In this document: piece after piece, positions 36,545 to 48,642 of the stretch | How positions within the stretch are numbered: the first letter of the stretch is position 1 | How the letters are laid out: the number at the start of each line of letters is the position of its first letter | From: Rhynchobatus australiae | Taxonomy: Eukaryota | Length of the DNA stretch: 64,000 nt | NCBI GenBank assembly: GCA_034780895.1 | Contig: JAUZTB010000002.1 | Location: 44,985,576-45,049,575, forward strand | Direction of reading: 5' to 3' | Translations under genes and position numbers: made by a program | Notes under the pieces: model-generated | Told to the model about the DNA's origin: nothing | Databases searched by the model: none | The model's input: only the letters and a program-made list of their open reading frames with translations

Positions 36545-37700
36545 ACAAAGAACACAGGAACACATTTAGGCCTTTATTCTCTTAAGACTGTTCTGTCATT
36601 CAGTGGGTAATCTGTACTTTTTAACAATTATTTACTTCAATTTCAGAAGTTTTTACTTGTCTCTGAGACACTTAAATTTTTTTATATCCAATAGCAACTT
36701 TGATGAGGAGCAAAGCTCCACTTCAGCCTATCTTATGGCCTGAGTCAAGGGTATAGATGACCATAAAATTAGCCCTTGGCATCTGGCCCAGGTAAGGGTG
36801 GGCATAAGGAGACAGTGGGCAGTGAATCCAGGTACTGACTGTGTGTGCCAGGTCTAGCATGGCTTTCCCAAATGCCTTGTTCATTATCCTCTCTAAGCTA
36901 CCAAACCTTGTATCAAGAAACTTGGATATATGGCTCTCTGTTGTATTAACCAATTCAGCTATAAATATGGTGAATAGTTGAGGCCCATTCATAGATCTTG
37001 ATGGTATTAACCTTTTTCAATTTGAGTCATTCTTAATCAGATTAATAGTTTGTGATGAAATTTATAAATTTTTATTTTAACCAATAATCTCTTATTGAAT
37101 CTTGTTGAATATCTTCAGGAAGTCTATATAAATTATTTTATAGGCAATCTTTTAACTATGTTTAATTCCTTTTCAAAAAATAACTAAGGTTGCCAGATAT
37201 GACATACCCTTTGCAAATCCATCATAAAAGCAGAAAATGCTGGAAACACTCCACAGGTCAGCTAGCATCTGCGGAAATGTGTCAGGTCAAAGATACTTTG
37301 TTCAATCAAATCTCCATCATCACTCTCTAATTATCTTAAACTTCTCCAAGTTCTTAGTCACTCTGCCCTTAATTATTGGTTCCAATAGCTTCCCAAAGAA
37401 ATGTTAGATGAACACACCTATCATTTCTTGGCTTCCCTCTCTCTTATCTTGAATAAGGAACATAAACTTGCAATTTTTCAATCTAAACTGACAACTGTTG
37501 ATTGGAGAGATCTGGAGGGTTGTGAGTAAAGCACCTTCATTTCCTTCCCTACTTCTTTTTAGCCTTGATTGAGATTTATTATTACTCTATATTAACTTGA
37601 GTGAATTCTGGCCCTTGGTTCATGATTAATACCAAGTGTATTAATTCATCTTCAATTATAAAGATATTATAAAATACTCATAAAAAAGTAGCCCATGATA
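36545..37700 (-). mobile_element. Old CR1 fragments with a Penelope-derived repeat at about 37225-37305
   Basis: gaacacaggaac...ggcc tail stub; aggttgccagatatgacataccctttgcaaatcc (reverse of QHGF region); insert gcagaaaatgctggaaacactccacaggtcag. Confidence 0.5.
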
Positions 37701-38334
37701 TTTTTTCTATCGGAGTTAGCACAATCATTCAAAGTACTTCTGCATTTGACAAAATATTTCAGACAAAATAATCCCGACATCCTCTGAGCGTAATCATTCA
37801 GTGTCAAAAGGAAACTGTTGGTAGCCTCCCTGTTTTAATCACTGTGCTTTTATAAATCATGAAACATCTCCTTATTATTCTTTCATGGTAAAACAAACTT
37901 TTCTTTCAATGAACNNNNNNNNNNTATACTTATGTTTCATAAAATAAATATGCATATATTTTTATAAATGTACTGTTAATAATAGTTTGCATTTCAAAAG
38001 AACATGACAACACACATCACCAGATTGGATATACACAATATAAATAATTTCATCTGGTATGAGGTGTGGTTTTATTATCAATTTTAAAGTTAATATGTTT
38101 ATCTTGTCATAGTCTTTTGGTGCAAGTCAAAGAACATAAAAGAGCTGTTTTGGGTAAAGTGACCTTCATTTTTTAACCTAATAAACTCTTGTGTAAATAA
38201 AGGTTGGTGTTGATTATTAACTGAAAGTTTTAGGTGTTGACTTGAAACTTGTGTGGGGATGAGCTTTTATGAGAGATGATCTCAAATCACCCAGTGTAAG
38301 CCGAAATCACCTGAATATATGTCCCAACCTATAC

Positions 38335-40133
38335 ATGCATGAAGAGGAAGAGGATAACCAGGGAGAGGGTAAGAACACTCAAGGATAAATGAGGGATCGT
38401 ATGCTTGGAGGCAGAGGATGTGGGAGAGGTCCTTAATGAGTACTTTGCATCAGTATTTATTAGAGAAGGATGTAGAGGATAGTGAGATCAGTGGGGAGCA
38501 GGCTAATAGGCTCAGGCATTTTGAGATAAAGAAGGAGGTAGTGTTGGGGCTTTTGAAGACTATTAAGGTAGGTAAGTCCCTAGGGCTTGATAGGATATAC
38601 CCCAAGTTATTGAGAGAGGCAATTGATGAGATTGCTGGGGTCTTGACCAAGATCTTCCTGTCCTCTTTAGCCATAGGTGAGGTCCCGGAGGACAGCAAGT
38701 AGCTAATGTTGTTCCATTATTCAAGAAAAGAAATAGAGATAATCCTGAAAACTATAGACCAGTGAATCTCACATCAGTGGAAGAGAAGCTATTGAAAAGG
38801 ATTCTTAGAGATAGGATTTATAAGCATTTGGAAAACCATGGCCTAATTAGGGACAGTCAGCATGGCTTTGTGCTGAGCAAGTTGTGTCTTACTAACTCGA
38901 TTAAGTTTTTCAAGGAGATGAAGAAGGTGATTGATGAAGGTAGAGCCATGGATGTTGTCTACATTGATTTTAGTAAGGCATTTGACATGGGAGGCTCATC
39001 CAGAAGACTAGTATGCATAGGATCCAGGGTGACTTGGTTATTTTGATTCAGAATTGATTTGCCCATAGAATTCAGAGGGTAGTGGTTGATGGGACTTATT
39101 CTGGCTGGAGTTCCATGACTAGTGGTGTTCCACAGGGATCCGTACTGGGAACTCTGCTGTTTGTGATATATAAATGACCTGGATCAAAATGTAGATGGGT
39201 GGGTCAGTAAGTTTGCAGATGATACAAAGATTGATGGAGTTGTGGATAGTGTAGACAATTGCCAAAGGATACAGTGGAATATAGATCAGTTGCAGATCAA
39301 GTGGATAAATGGCAGATGGAGTTCAATCTGGCCAAATGTGAGGTGTTGTACTTTGGGAGATCAAATGTNNNNNNNNNNNNNNNNNNNNNNNNNNNNNNNN
39401 NNNNNNNNNNNNNNNNNNNNNNNNNNNNNNNNNNNNNNNNNNNNNNNNNNNNNNNNNNNNNNNNNNNNNNNNNNNNNNNNNNNNNNNNNNNNNNNNNNNN
39501 NNNNNNNNNNNNNNNNNNNNNNNNNNNNNNNNNNNNNNNNNNNNNNNNNNNNNNNNNNNNNNNNNNNNNNNNNNNNNNNNNNNNNNNNNNNNNNNNNNNN
39601 NNNNNNNNNNNNNNNNNNNNNNNNNNNNNNNNNNNNNNNNNNNNNNNNNNNNNNNNNNNNNNNNNNNNNNNNNNNNNNNNNNNNNNNNNNNNNNNNNNNN
39701 NNNNNNNNNNNNNNNNNNNNNNNNNNNNNNNNNNNNNNNNNNNNNNNNNNNNNNNNNNNNNNNNNNNNNNNNNNNNNNNNNNNNNNNNNNNNNNNNNNNN
39801 NNNNNNNNNNNNNNNNNNNNNNNNNNNNNNNNNNNNNNNNNNNNNNNNNNNNNNNNNNNNNNNNNNNNNNNNNNNNNNNNNNNNNNNNNNNNNNNNNNNN
39901 NNNNNNNNNNNNNNNNNNNNNNCGTTGCCAAGGGTGGTGGTGGAGGCAAATACAATAGAGGTGTTTAAGAAGCTCATAGATTGGTACATGAATTTGCAGG
40001 GAATTAAGGGACATGGACATTGTGTAGGCAGAAGGGATTAGTTTAGTTAGGCCCTTAATTACTAGTTTAATTAGTTGGATATAATACTATGGGCCGAAGG
40101 GCCTGTTCCTGTGCTGCACTCTTCCATGTTCTA
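38335..40133 (+). mobile_element. CR1 LINE, RT domain to 3' tail, spanning a gap
   Basis: NYRPVNLTSV, DSQHGFV, DVVYIDFSKAFD, GVPQGSVLG (about 39124), KFADDTK (about 39209), WQMEFN.AKCEV; tail gggccgaagggcctgttcctgtgctg; stops and frameshifts. Confidence 0.93.
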
Positions 40134-40136
40134 TTG

Positions 40137-40394
40137 TAGGTGATCCCTAATTTATGGTTGTTTGGGTTACAGAAAATTTTCCATTTGGAATTCACTTATC
40201 ACTACCCAAAATTTCAAGATACAGAATAAAATTCACTCTCATGGAATTTATGTGGAAAAAAAATTATTTTCAACTCGTGTTTTGTGACACATGCACAGAT
40301 GATGCAGCTTTGAATCACGGAATATCGTAATACTAACTGTTTTGTAGGAACACCCTCCACACCCCTCTCAACCCTATAACACGGAGGTTGCCTG
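40137..40394. mobile_element. Possible Tigger-type MITE
   Basis: Degenerate terminal inverted repeats taggtgatccctaatttat and ataacacggaggttgcctg followed by TA. Confidence 0.4.
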
Positions 40395-41004
40395 TATGCC
40401 AAAACCTCAGGCACAAAGTGTCTATTGAAGTGGAGGAGGGAGGTCGCCTTCCGAGAAAATGGTCTGTATCACGATTTTCTGTAACGTGAAGCCATGTCAT
40501 GTGTGCATGAATCAAGAATTGCAAGTTGAAAAATGATTGTGTTAATTTAGTTTTTTCACATAAATTTCGTGCAAGTGAATTTTATTCCTGATCTCAAATT
40601 CTTTGGTAGTTTGGTAGCAATGTGTGAATTCTGTAAGGGTGAGTTCCCGTTATCTGTATGGCCATGCAGAATCTGGAACAAGATCCTTCATTCATGGATG
40701 CACCTCAAACAGGAACTTGTCTTGAATTTTCCATGGATATTTGATGTTTATAATAATATGTTGTTTTGATCATCCTGATTTCTCAGTGTTGGTACTTGAT
40801 AAACACAGTTATCAATTTTAAATAAAATGGAGACTGTGGGTTTGTTGAAGATTTTTTGGAAATAACTCTGACAGAATTTCTAGACCTCACAGAAACCTTT
40901 TCCTTATTTTTTTCTTGTTTCTTTGGCTTTTATGAATTGTTGGCAATTGTTGAATTGCTGGAAACATCCCAACAAATATGAGCAATGTTGTTTGTTTTTC
41001 CAAG

Positions 41005-41350
41005 AATTATTTGCTTATTATGACACAGAAGGACTCGATTTGCCCCATTGGGTCCAAGTGAACTCACAGCAGAGCAATCCCGTCAATGCCCCTCTTGCTT
41101 CCCTGCAACTTACATTCCCATCCACTCTCCTTTTGATTCTTTTCCCACTTGCCTATACTAGGGGTCAACTGCAGTGTTCTATTAACCTTCCAGTGCATTT
41201 TTTTGGAATATGGGAGGAAGCCAGATCACCTGGGAGAAACCTACATGGCTACAGCGAGAATGAGTAGCGTCCACACAGACAGCAGTCAAGGTCAGGACTG
41301 AACCCAGATAACTGAAACTGTGAGGCAGAGGCACTGACTGCTGCATCAGA
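41005..41350 (-). mobile_element. tRNA-derived SINE (V-SINE/HE1-like)
   Basis: ttggaatatgggaggaagccaga...gaaacctacatgg...ccacacagacagc...ggactgaaccc...ctgtgaggcag is the reverse of the SINE at 45412. Confidence 0.8.
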
Positions 41351-41639
41351 GTCCTGTGCTGATAACCCCCTATATTTTGTACATTTTAGACAAGCAGGAG
41401 GAGAAGCAGCAGAAGGAAATCAGGCAAGCCAGTTTGCCACTCAGCAGAAGAAATGCCAATCTTGACTCTTCAGTCCAGCAATGCCTGTAGGACCTTTCAA
41501 ATACAAGAGATGCCTTTACTGACCAAAATCAGAAGCACATCTGAAGCCAAGCTCAACCACAGGCATGGCAGTACCAGCCATGGCTGAAGTTAGCATTTAT
41601 ATTTTTAGCTCAGTTTTGGTGGAATCATGAAAAATGAGA

Positions 41640-41895
41640 CTTAATCCTAAATTAGAGCGATGCCTTTAGGGAGTGAAGCCAGGAAGTAAATTTTCCACTT
41701 TAAGCTGGAAGGAACATGAAGATCTCTCCTCCAAGAAGATTGTTGATGATGGTATTGACTTTTGGCAGGTCAGGACATCAAGGGATATGAGATAAAATTT
41801 TAAAAAATAAGGCTTCAGTGCAGACTAGCTATGACTCATTTGAATGCTGGAGCAGGTTCGAGGGGCTGAATGGGTTTTTCTATTCCGGTGTCCAG
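41640..41895 (+). mobile_element. Old CR1 3' end
   Basis: atcaagggatatg...gctggagcaggttcgaggggctgaatggg tail. Confidence 0.65.
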
Positions 41896-42015
41896 ATGGA
41901 CACTGATGACATCAGCAATGTCAGTCATAAGCAGGAGTCTCTTTAGTAAAATGGAAATCATGCTTTATGACAGCAACCCGGATGGAGCAACGTAAGGGGT
42001 GACAATTAAATATTT

Positions 42016-42320
42016 CTAGGTAAGATAAGATAAGGTATCTTTATTAGTCACATGTACGTCGAAACACACAGTGAAATGCATCTTTTTGCATAGAGTGTTC
42101 TGGGGGCANNNNNNNNNNNNNNNNNNNNNNNNNNNNNNNNNNNNNNNNNNNNNNNNNNNNNNNNNNNNNNNNNNNNNNNNNNNNNNNNNNNNNNNNNNNN
42201 NNNNNNNNCGAAACACACAGTGAAATGCATCTTTTTGCATAGAGTGTTCTGGGGGCAGACTGCACATGTCGCCACGTTTCCGGCGCCAACATAGCATGCC
42301 CACAACTTCTTAACTTCCTT
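42016..42320 (-). mobile_element. Young SINE 3' fragment with (AAGAT)n tail, partly duplicated across a 100-N gap
   Basis: aagataagataagg-tatctttattagtcacatgtac...tgtcgccacgtttccggcgccaacatagcatgcccacaac; CpGs retained. Confidence 0.65.
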
Positions 42321-44699
42321 CCTTTGGCATTTCTTTCTACACTGACTCCCAATGCTCCCAAGCCACTACCTTGGGAATGACATCCACCCATTTCTCAAGG
42401 CAGAGTTGATGACTTAATGATACAAGTACTCACACTCGGCAAAAAGAGTTTTGACAGGTAGAAGAAAAGGGTGAATGGGGTAACGCTTGTGACGTTTTCT
42501 TCGTTGAATATGCCTTTCACCGACAACTGCAGAATTTCCAGCGGCTTTTGTGCAGTGCTTTAGGAGAGGCTGCAACAATATAAAATGTATAAAAGGGAAA
42601 ATAGAAAAGGGAAGGGTAGCAATACTTCTATGCAGCCATATAACTTTTATAAAGCATATGAAATTTATCATGAAAGTATCCCAAAGGTCCCTTCTCATTT
42701 AAAAATAGAACGGAAAGCCTTATTGTTGGATATTGGGAATTTATTATATGACACCAAAGAATGGGAGAAAAAGTAAGAATGAAACTTGTAGAAAGTTTTA
42801 AAAATTATCATAAATACAGGTTTAGTTTTTCAGAAATAAAAGTTTATAGAAGACGGTGATTGATGGCAATTACTTTGCATGGAGTTCAGATTGTTATCTT
42901 ATTATTCCAGAGCAGAGGACGCACGATCTGACTTGGTTCAGAACAAGCAATGTTACAAAAATAAACATTTGGCAGACAGTAATTGAAATAGAATTTATTT
43001 TCAAGTAAAAAATACATGAAAATTTGAGGACAGGGATATGTTGCTGAAAAGATGGANNNNNNNNNNNNNNNNNNNNNNNNNNNNNNNNNNNNNNNNNNNN
43101 NNNNNNNNNNNNNNNNNNNNNNNNNNNNNNNNNNNNNNNNNNNNNNNNNNNNNNNNNNNNNNNNNNNNNNNNNNNNNNNNNNNNNNNNNNNNNNNNNNNN
43201 NNNNNNNNNNNNNNNNNNNNNNNNNNNNNNNNNNNNNNNNNNNNNNNNNNNNNNNNNNNNNNNNNNNNNNNNNNNNNNNNNNNNNNNNNNNNNNNNNNNN
43301 NNNNNNNNNNNNNNNNNNNNNNNNNNNNNNNNNNNNNNNNNNNNNNNNNNNNNNNNNNNNNNNNNNNNNNNNNNNNNNNNNNNNNNNNNNNNNNNNNNNN
43401 NNNNNNNNNNNNNNNNNNNNNNNNNNNNNNNNNNNNNNNNNNNNNNNNNNNNNNNNNNNNNNNNNNNNNNNNNNNNNNNNNNNNNNNNNNNNNNNNNNNN
43501 NNNNNNNNNNNNNNNNNNNNNNNNNNNNNNNNNNNNNNNNNNNNNNNNNNNNNNNNNNNNNNNNNNNNNNNNNNNNNNNNNNNNNNNNNNNNNNNNNNNN
43601 NNNNNNNNNNNNNNNNNNNNNNNNNNNNNNNNNNNNNNNNNNNNNNNNNNNNNNNNNNNNNNNNNNNNNNNNNNNNNNNNNNNNNNNNNNNNNNNNNNNN
43701 NNNNNNNNNNNNNNNNNNNNNNNNNNNNNNNNNNNNNNNNNNNNNNNNNNNNNNNNNNNNNNNNNNNNNNNNNNNNNNNNNNNNNNNNNNNNNNNNNNNN
43801 NNNNNNNNNNNNNNNNNNNNGGAGGAGGACATCGTAATTATGAACAAGTCAGTGCAGCTGATGGGATGTAGTTTGGTAGTGGTAGCCAGTCATAATAATG
43901 TATAATGTGATCTACTTTAATGATGTTAAGTGTGCAAGAATAGTGAACAAATGATACTGTTGTATGTTATGGTTGTATGTACTTACTGGCCAAAAGAATT
44001 CATACACACAGGACCAGGTGCTTAGTTTATGGCATCCTTGACCCTAGAAATTGGGTATTGCAGTGATAGATTTGTGTTGTTGTTTGTGCACAATTTCTTT
44101 ACTTGCCTCTTGTCACATGAATTGCACAGTTCCATGTACATGCTGCAGCATCCATGCATGCAGATTACATCCCTCCCTATATTCTGTGTTACACTGATTT
44201 GACATCTGCCACACCAGCTTACACACATTGTGATCAACACACAGGGAACCAAGTCTGAACTGCGACGGGAAGCCCATCATCTCAGCTACTTAATGGGATT
44301 CTTAGCTGCTTGCATGTTTGTGAGATAATTGGAGGAGAGCTCCTTGCATTGATTAGGGCTACAATTTGAAGGCTTGGAGTAGATTTTGGTAAATGCACAG
44401 GTCAGGGTTGGTCTCAGTTACTGCAAGTGTGCAGGCCTTAGTAAAGAGGAGGACAGGCCTCCTTGCCAGGGGAGAATGAAGGAGGAGGGCTGTGGTTAGG
44501 AAGGACTATCCCCAACAAATCTCCAGGAGCANNNNNNNNNNNNNNNNNNNNNNNNNNNNNNNNNNNNNNNNNNNNNNNNNNNNNNNNNNNNNNNNNNNNN
44601 NNNNNNNNNNNNNNNNNNNNNNNNNNNNNNNCATAACCAGAGGCTATGGTTTTCAGACGGAATTATCACTGAGGTCTCATCCCTGTTTCAGGCAGTGAA

Positions 44700-44872
44700 T
44701 GAAAATCAAAAAAACCCTGCAGATGCAGAAAATCTGAAATAAAAACAAAAAGTGCTGGGAACATCCAGCAGTTCAGCCTGTATGTTAGGGGTCTTCATCC
44801 TGAAATATTGATTCTGTTTCTCTTTCCACAGATGCTGCCTGGCTTGTGTTTCCAGTGTTTTCTGTTTTTAAA
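44700..44872. mobile_element. Inverted pair of Penelope-derived short repeats
   Basis: Minus copy ctgcagatgcagaaaatctgaaataaaaac (44711-44777) abuts a plus copy cctgaaatattgattctgtttctctttccacagatgctgcctgg. Confidence 0.7.
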
Positions 44873-45411
44873 CTAGGGACTTGTATCTGGAGCTTCTCAA
44901 GCAGCAGTGGGTGAAGCCTCTCTCTTGATCTCTGCTCTTTCCATGAACATGTCCAATTCTGCTTCAGAATTGTGATGTGTCTCCTTCCAGCTTGGTTTAC
45001 TACTGCTGCAGTAAAGGGTCCCAAAGCTGTGGAATGACTTCCACCAATGGCTGTGAGCAGTGAGCTCTTCCTCTTCAAGAGGTGCAGGTATGACTTCAAT
45101 CATTCCCAGATAGCTTCAGCTGATGCTGGTTCTGCTCCTCCTGAAATTACTCTCGCGTATGTACACTGTGCAAAGCAGTTGTTTGGTGCCAATCACATTT
45201 TTCAATCATTTCATGAGATGTGTACATGAATTTCAGGTGGGATCGGTGTAGGGACAAAATGGGGGCCACCTTTCAGTCATCACTATTCTAGCACAGAATC
45301 TAGGTCATCGACCTCACAGCTTTCTTCAAATCTCATTAGTACCCAGAACCTGTGTTACTGGAGATTTCAATAAACCTCATGGCACTGCATATGACTCACT
45401 TACAGATATTT

Positions 45412-45770
45412 TGTGCTGCACAATGGTACAATTAACAGAGCCACTGCCTCACAAGTTCTGAGAAGTGGGTTCAATCCTGACTTCTGGTGCTGCTTGTGTG
45501 GAGTTTGCATGTTCTCCTTATAGCTGCACAGATTTGCTCTGGGTGCTCAGGTGTCCTCCCACATCCCCAAGACCTGCGGGCTGGTGGCAAATTGCTACAA
45601 ATTGCCCCTAGTGTATGGGCAAGTGGTAGAATCTGGAAGGAATTGAATGTGAAGAAAATAAAGAAAATACAATCAATGTACAATGAGTGTAAATGGCTGG
45701 TTGATGGTTGGCACAGACTTGGTGGGCTGAAGGGCCTGTTTCTGTGCTGAAGTTCTCTATAACTCCATGA
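45412..45770 (+). mobile_element. Near full-length tRNA-derived SINE (V-SINE/HE1-like)
   Basis: B-box gggttcaatcct at about 45467; core tgtgtggagtttgcatgttctcc...cctcccacatccccaagac; CR1-derived tail gggctgaagggcctgtttctgtgctg. Confidence 0.88.
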
Positions 45771-45989
45771 TATGGTGAACCGTAGAACCCTCCCTGGATA
45801 TAACTCAAGCATTGGGACCTCCTCCTGCTGCTGTTTCTCTGGAAGTGACAGGTCTGGTGGAATCCTACTTCATTTCACTTTTCAGTAACTTCCTACTGCA
45901 CGCTGCTACACTTGGCTCAGCTCCACAATCAACTACAGACCTTTAAATATAAATAGAAATACTCCCAATAATCGGCAAAGATCATCTAT

Positions 45990-46085
45990 TCTGAGCAGCC
46001 AGTGACCTGAAATATTAACATTGTTCCTGTCTCTACAGATGCAGCCTGACCTGCTAAGTATTTCCAACACTGTTTTATTCTAGAT
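45990..46085 (+). mobile_element. Penelope-derived short repeat
   Basis: gacctgaaatattaac...ctctacagatgcagcctgacctgctaagtatttcc. Confidence 0.7.
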
Positions 46086-47132
46086 CAGCAACATTTATTC
46101 GAGCTCCAAACCTGGTTATAAAAATGATCATGCTGTGAATATTTAACTTGAACCTGAGTCAGAGACTCCCATTGCAAAGGATGTGAGTAACAACTGAGTG
46201 GAAGTCATGCCAGACTATGATTTTGCCCCATTACCACCGCAACTGGAGTTTTCACAATATTTTGGCATTTATGCATTATATGGCAATTGCATTTCTTATA
46301 GAAATACTAGAAAATGGCAGAAACCATGTGGGCTCAATTTAAATTAATGCTCACTTAACAAAACTATACTGACAAAGGAAGTTTGTATAATTTCAGAAGT
46401 AGATGTAGTCATGAAAGCAGGAAGTTACTCATGTGCCCTGATACCATTCGCACCATTGCACAGACGTGCTGGCTGTATTACAGCTCATTGGCTGCCACTG
46501 AATTATTAACATGTGTTTAGACTGAAAGGGAATGTGTTTGAAGTTCGACAGGAGATGTAGTACAGCTGCCAGTAACTCTTGTGTGGGGGTGCTCATGGTA
46601 TCAGGAAAGATGCAACCATAAACTTTCTCTTTCTATGAGTTCCATATGGTGCTGACATCTTTGTCTCTCTGCTGCTTCTCTACATGTAGAGCTTCCTTAT
46701 TTCTCATTTGAAATGAGCATGAGGGGACAAGAGCAATACCACCATTTCTGAGCTAAAACTGGTTAGGGTTCTTAGTCTTAAAATTGTTGATGAGAGTCTC
46801 TTACAAATCTAGTCTTTAAGCTACTGCCTGATAACTCGCACGAAATACATGTTTGGTATCCAGGTTTAGCTTAAGGTCAAAAGATGTTCCTGAGCCATTG
46901 ATTTTGACCCATTATTATTTTTGTCATGTGGATTTCCTGCAAAGAATGTGATGATGAAAAAAGCGGAGAAACACATTCCTCTCACTCAGCCACCGAAAGG
47001 AAATGTAATTAGCTTAGATCTGAGCTGTCTGCTGTCATGTAATGGGTGCACACCCAACTAAGAAGAAGCTGAACTAACCAGCCTGAATAAGGGATCAGGA
47101 AACTATAAATGTGTATATTAAGAAAAAATATA

Positions 47133-47158
47133 TAAATAAATAAATAAATAAATAAATA
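47133..47158. repeat. (TAAA)n microsatellite
   Basis: About six visible units. Confidence 0.9.
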
Positions 47159-47654
47159 GAGAGTAATGTATTTTTAAAAGGATTATTAGTCATACATCTG
47201 CTGAAATAGAAAGCAGTTAATTAAGTAACAGTTGACCTATTTACTATATGTAGACTTTAACTGTAACCTTAAAATTATGCCAGAATTTAGTTCATAGTGG
47301 CTGGTAAAGTCCGAAAAGAAACAGTGAAGTAATTTATATCTTTTGCTGTTTACCAGAATTTCTTTCAAAGGGCTAAGTACAATATGGAACAAACTCAGGT
47401 TGATTAAAATGGTTGAAGCTTGATAGAATCAGGCAGAAGCTGTCTTGCCAGATTCAGCCATTGATTTGTTTTCTATTTTTCAACATTCAGTCTAGATTCA
47501 GTGACGGACTTCTTGTTTCTCCCTCACTGCTTTAAAAGTGCCGATCAGCTGCTTTCCAGACAGGAACATTTCCAGATTAAAGCAGCACAGGCTTCATGTG
47601 GTTAGCTTAATTTAGTAAAGCTACCAGGAAAAGCCATGCCTTATATGAAGAAAG

Positions 47655-48642
47655 AATTTTTATTGATGTAGCACTTCGTCACATTCTCAGCACAGTTCTG
47701 AACCAATTGATTAATTTTAAAATTAAAGTTGTTCTTTATTTATAGATAAGTAAACATAATGAGGTCCATTAAACAATAAGACAATGAATGAGGAAATAAT
47801 CTTGTAGTTAAGGTGATGGTGGACAGAACATTGTTGGCTTGACATCTGGGAACACACTGCTCTTTGTCATTAGTCCTATGGGATTTTCTGCATCTTGGTG
47901 TTGACAGTTTAACACTTCATCCGGAAGGCAGAACCTCCAATAGTACCTTTCCTTAGCACAGTAAAGCTCTAATAATGAGCTATCCAACCATTCAGAAATA
48001 TCTATGGTTCAACATCTGGCTCACCAGGTGGCATTTGCAACTTCAACTTGCCCATGCCTGGCTCCAATACTCCCTTCACTCACCACTGCCCCTGTTCCCT
48101 AGCTCTCTGACCATTCGCTGGGTCCATAGTTTCAGCGCTCCCCCACCGCTCACTGGACACTCACTTCTGATGCTCCTCTGATTCCCACACTCCCTTTCCA
48201 CTCAGTGGGGCCCAATTCCCTTTAAACTCAGCAGGTTCTTGTGACTGCTGTCCCTTTAAACTTGCTGGGTTTGCTGAAATCTTACTGTGTAACATTTTTT
48301 TTAAAAAGTGAAATTAAAGTATGTTGGGGTATTAATAAATTAACATTTGATAGTCCTGGAAAATCCACCAGTCCAGCATCACCAAAAATGCCAGATTAAC
48401 AGAGTTTCACGGTANNNNNNNNNNNNNNNNNNNNNNNNNNNNNNNNNNNNNNNNNNNNNNNNNNNNNNNNNNNNNNNNNNNNNNNNNNNNNNNNNNNNNN
48501 NNNNNNNNNNNNNNCCAAAAATGCCAGATTAACATAGTTTCACGGTACTATGTTGAAATATCAGCCTAAATTATGTGTTCAAGTCGCTTGAAGTCTTGTA
48601 CACCATGATTCAAAGAACATAGTCAACAAAGCCAAGCTGATA
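47655..48642 (-). mobile_element. DeuSINE-like SINE split by a MITE
   Basis: atgggattttctgcatc...gtttaacacttcatccggaaggcagaacctcc...ccttagca, resuming at 48548 with ctatgttgaaatatcagcctaaattatgtgttcaagtc. Confidence 0.65.
47959..48545. mobile_element. pogo/Tigger-type MITE
   Basis: Left end cagtaaagctctaataat versus right end atta-aca(g/t)agtttcacgg-TA (13/18 inverted match using the pre-gap copy); inserted at a TA-like site; no ORF. Confidence 0.6.

Noticed and set aside
41388-41590. Purine-rich exon-like stretch after an acceptor-like ttttag
   Set aside because: All three frames reach a stop before a credible donor and no protein is recognised
45412-45490. tRNA-like A and B boxes
   Set aside because: These form a SINE head followed by SINE core and CR1 tail; no cloverleaf
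47281-47320. miR-27-like ttcatagtggct, and let-7-like tgaggtag at 56608
   Set aside because: Only partial seed similarity, with no matching mature sequence or precursor hairpin
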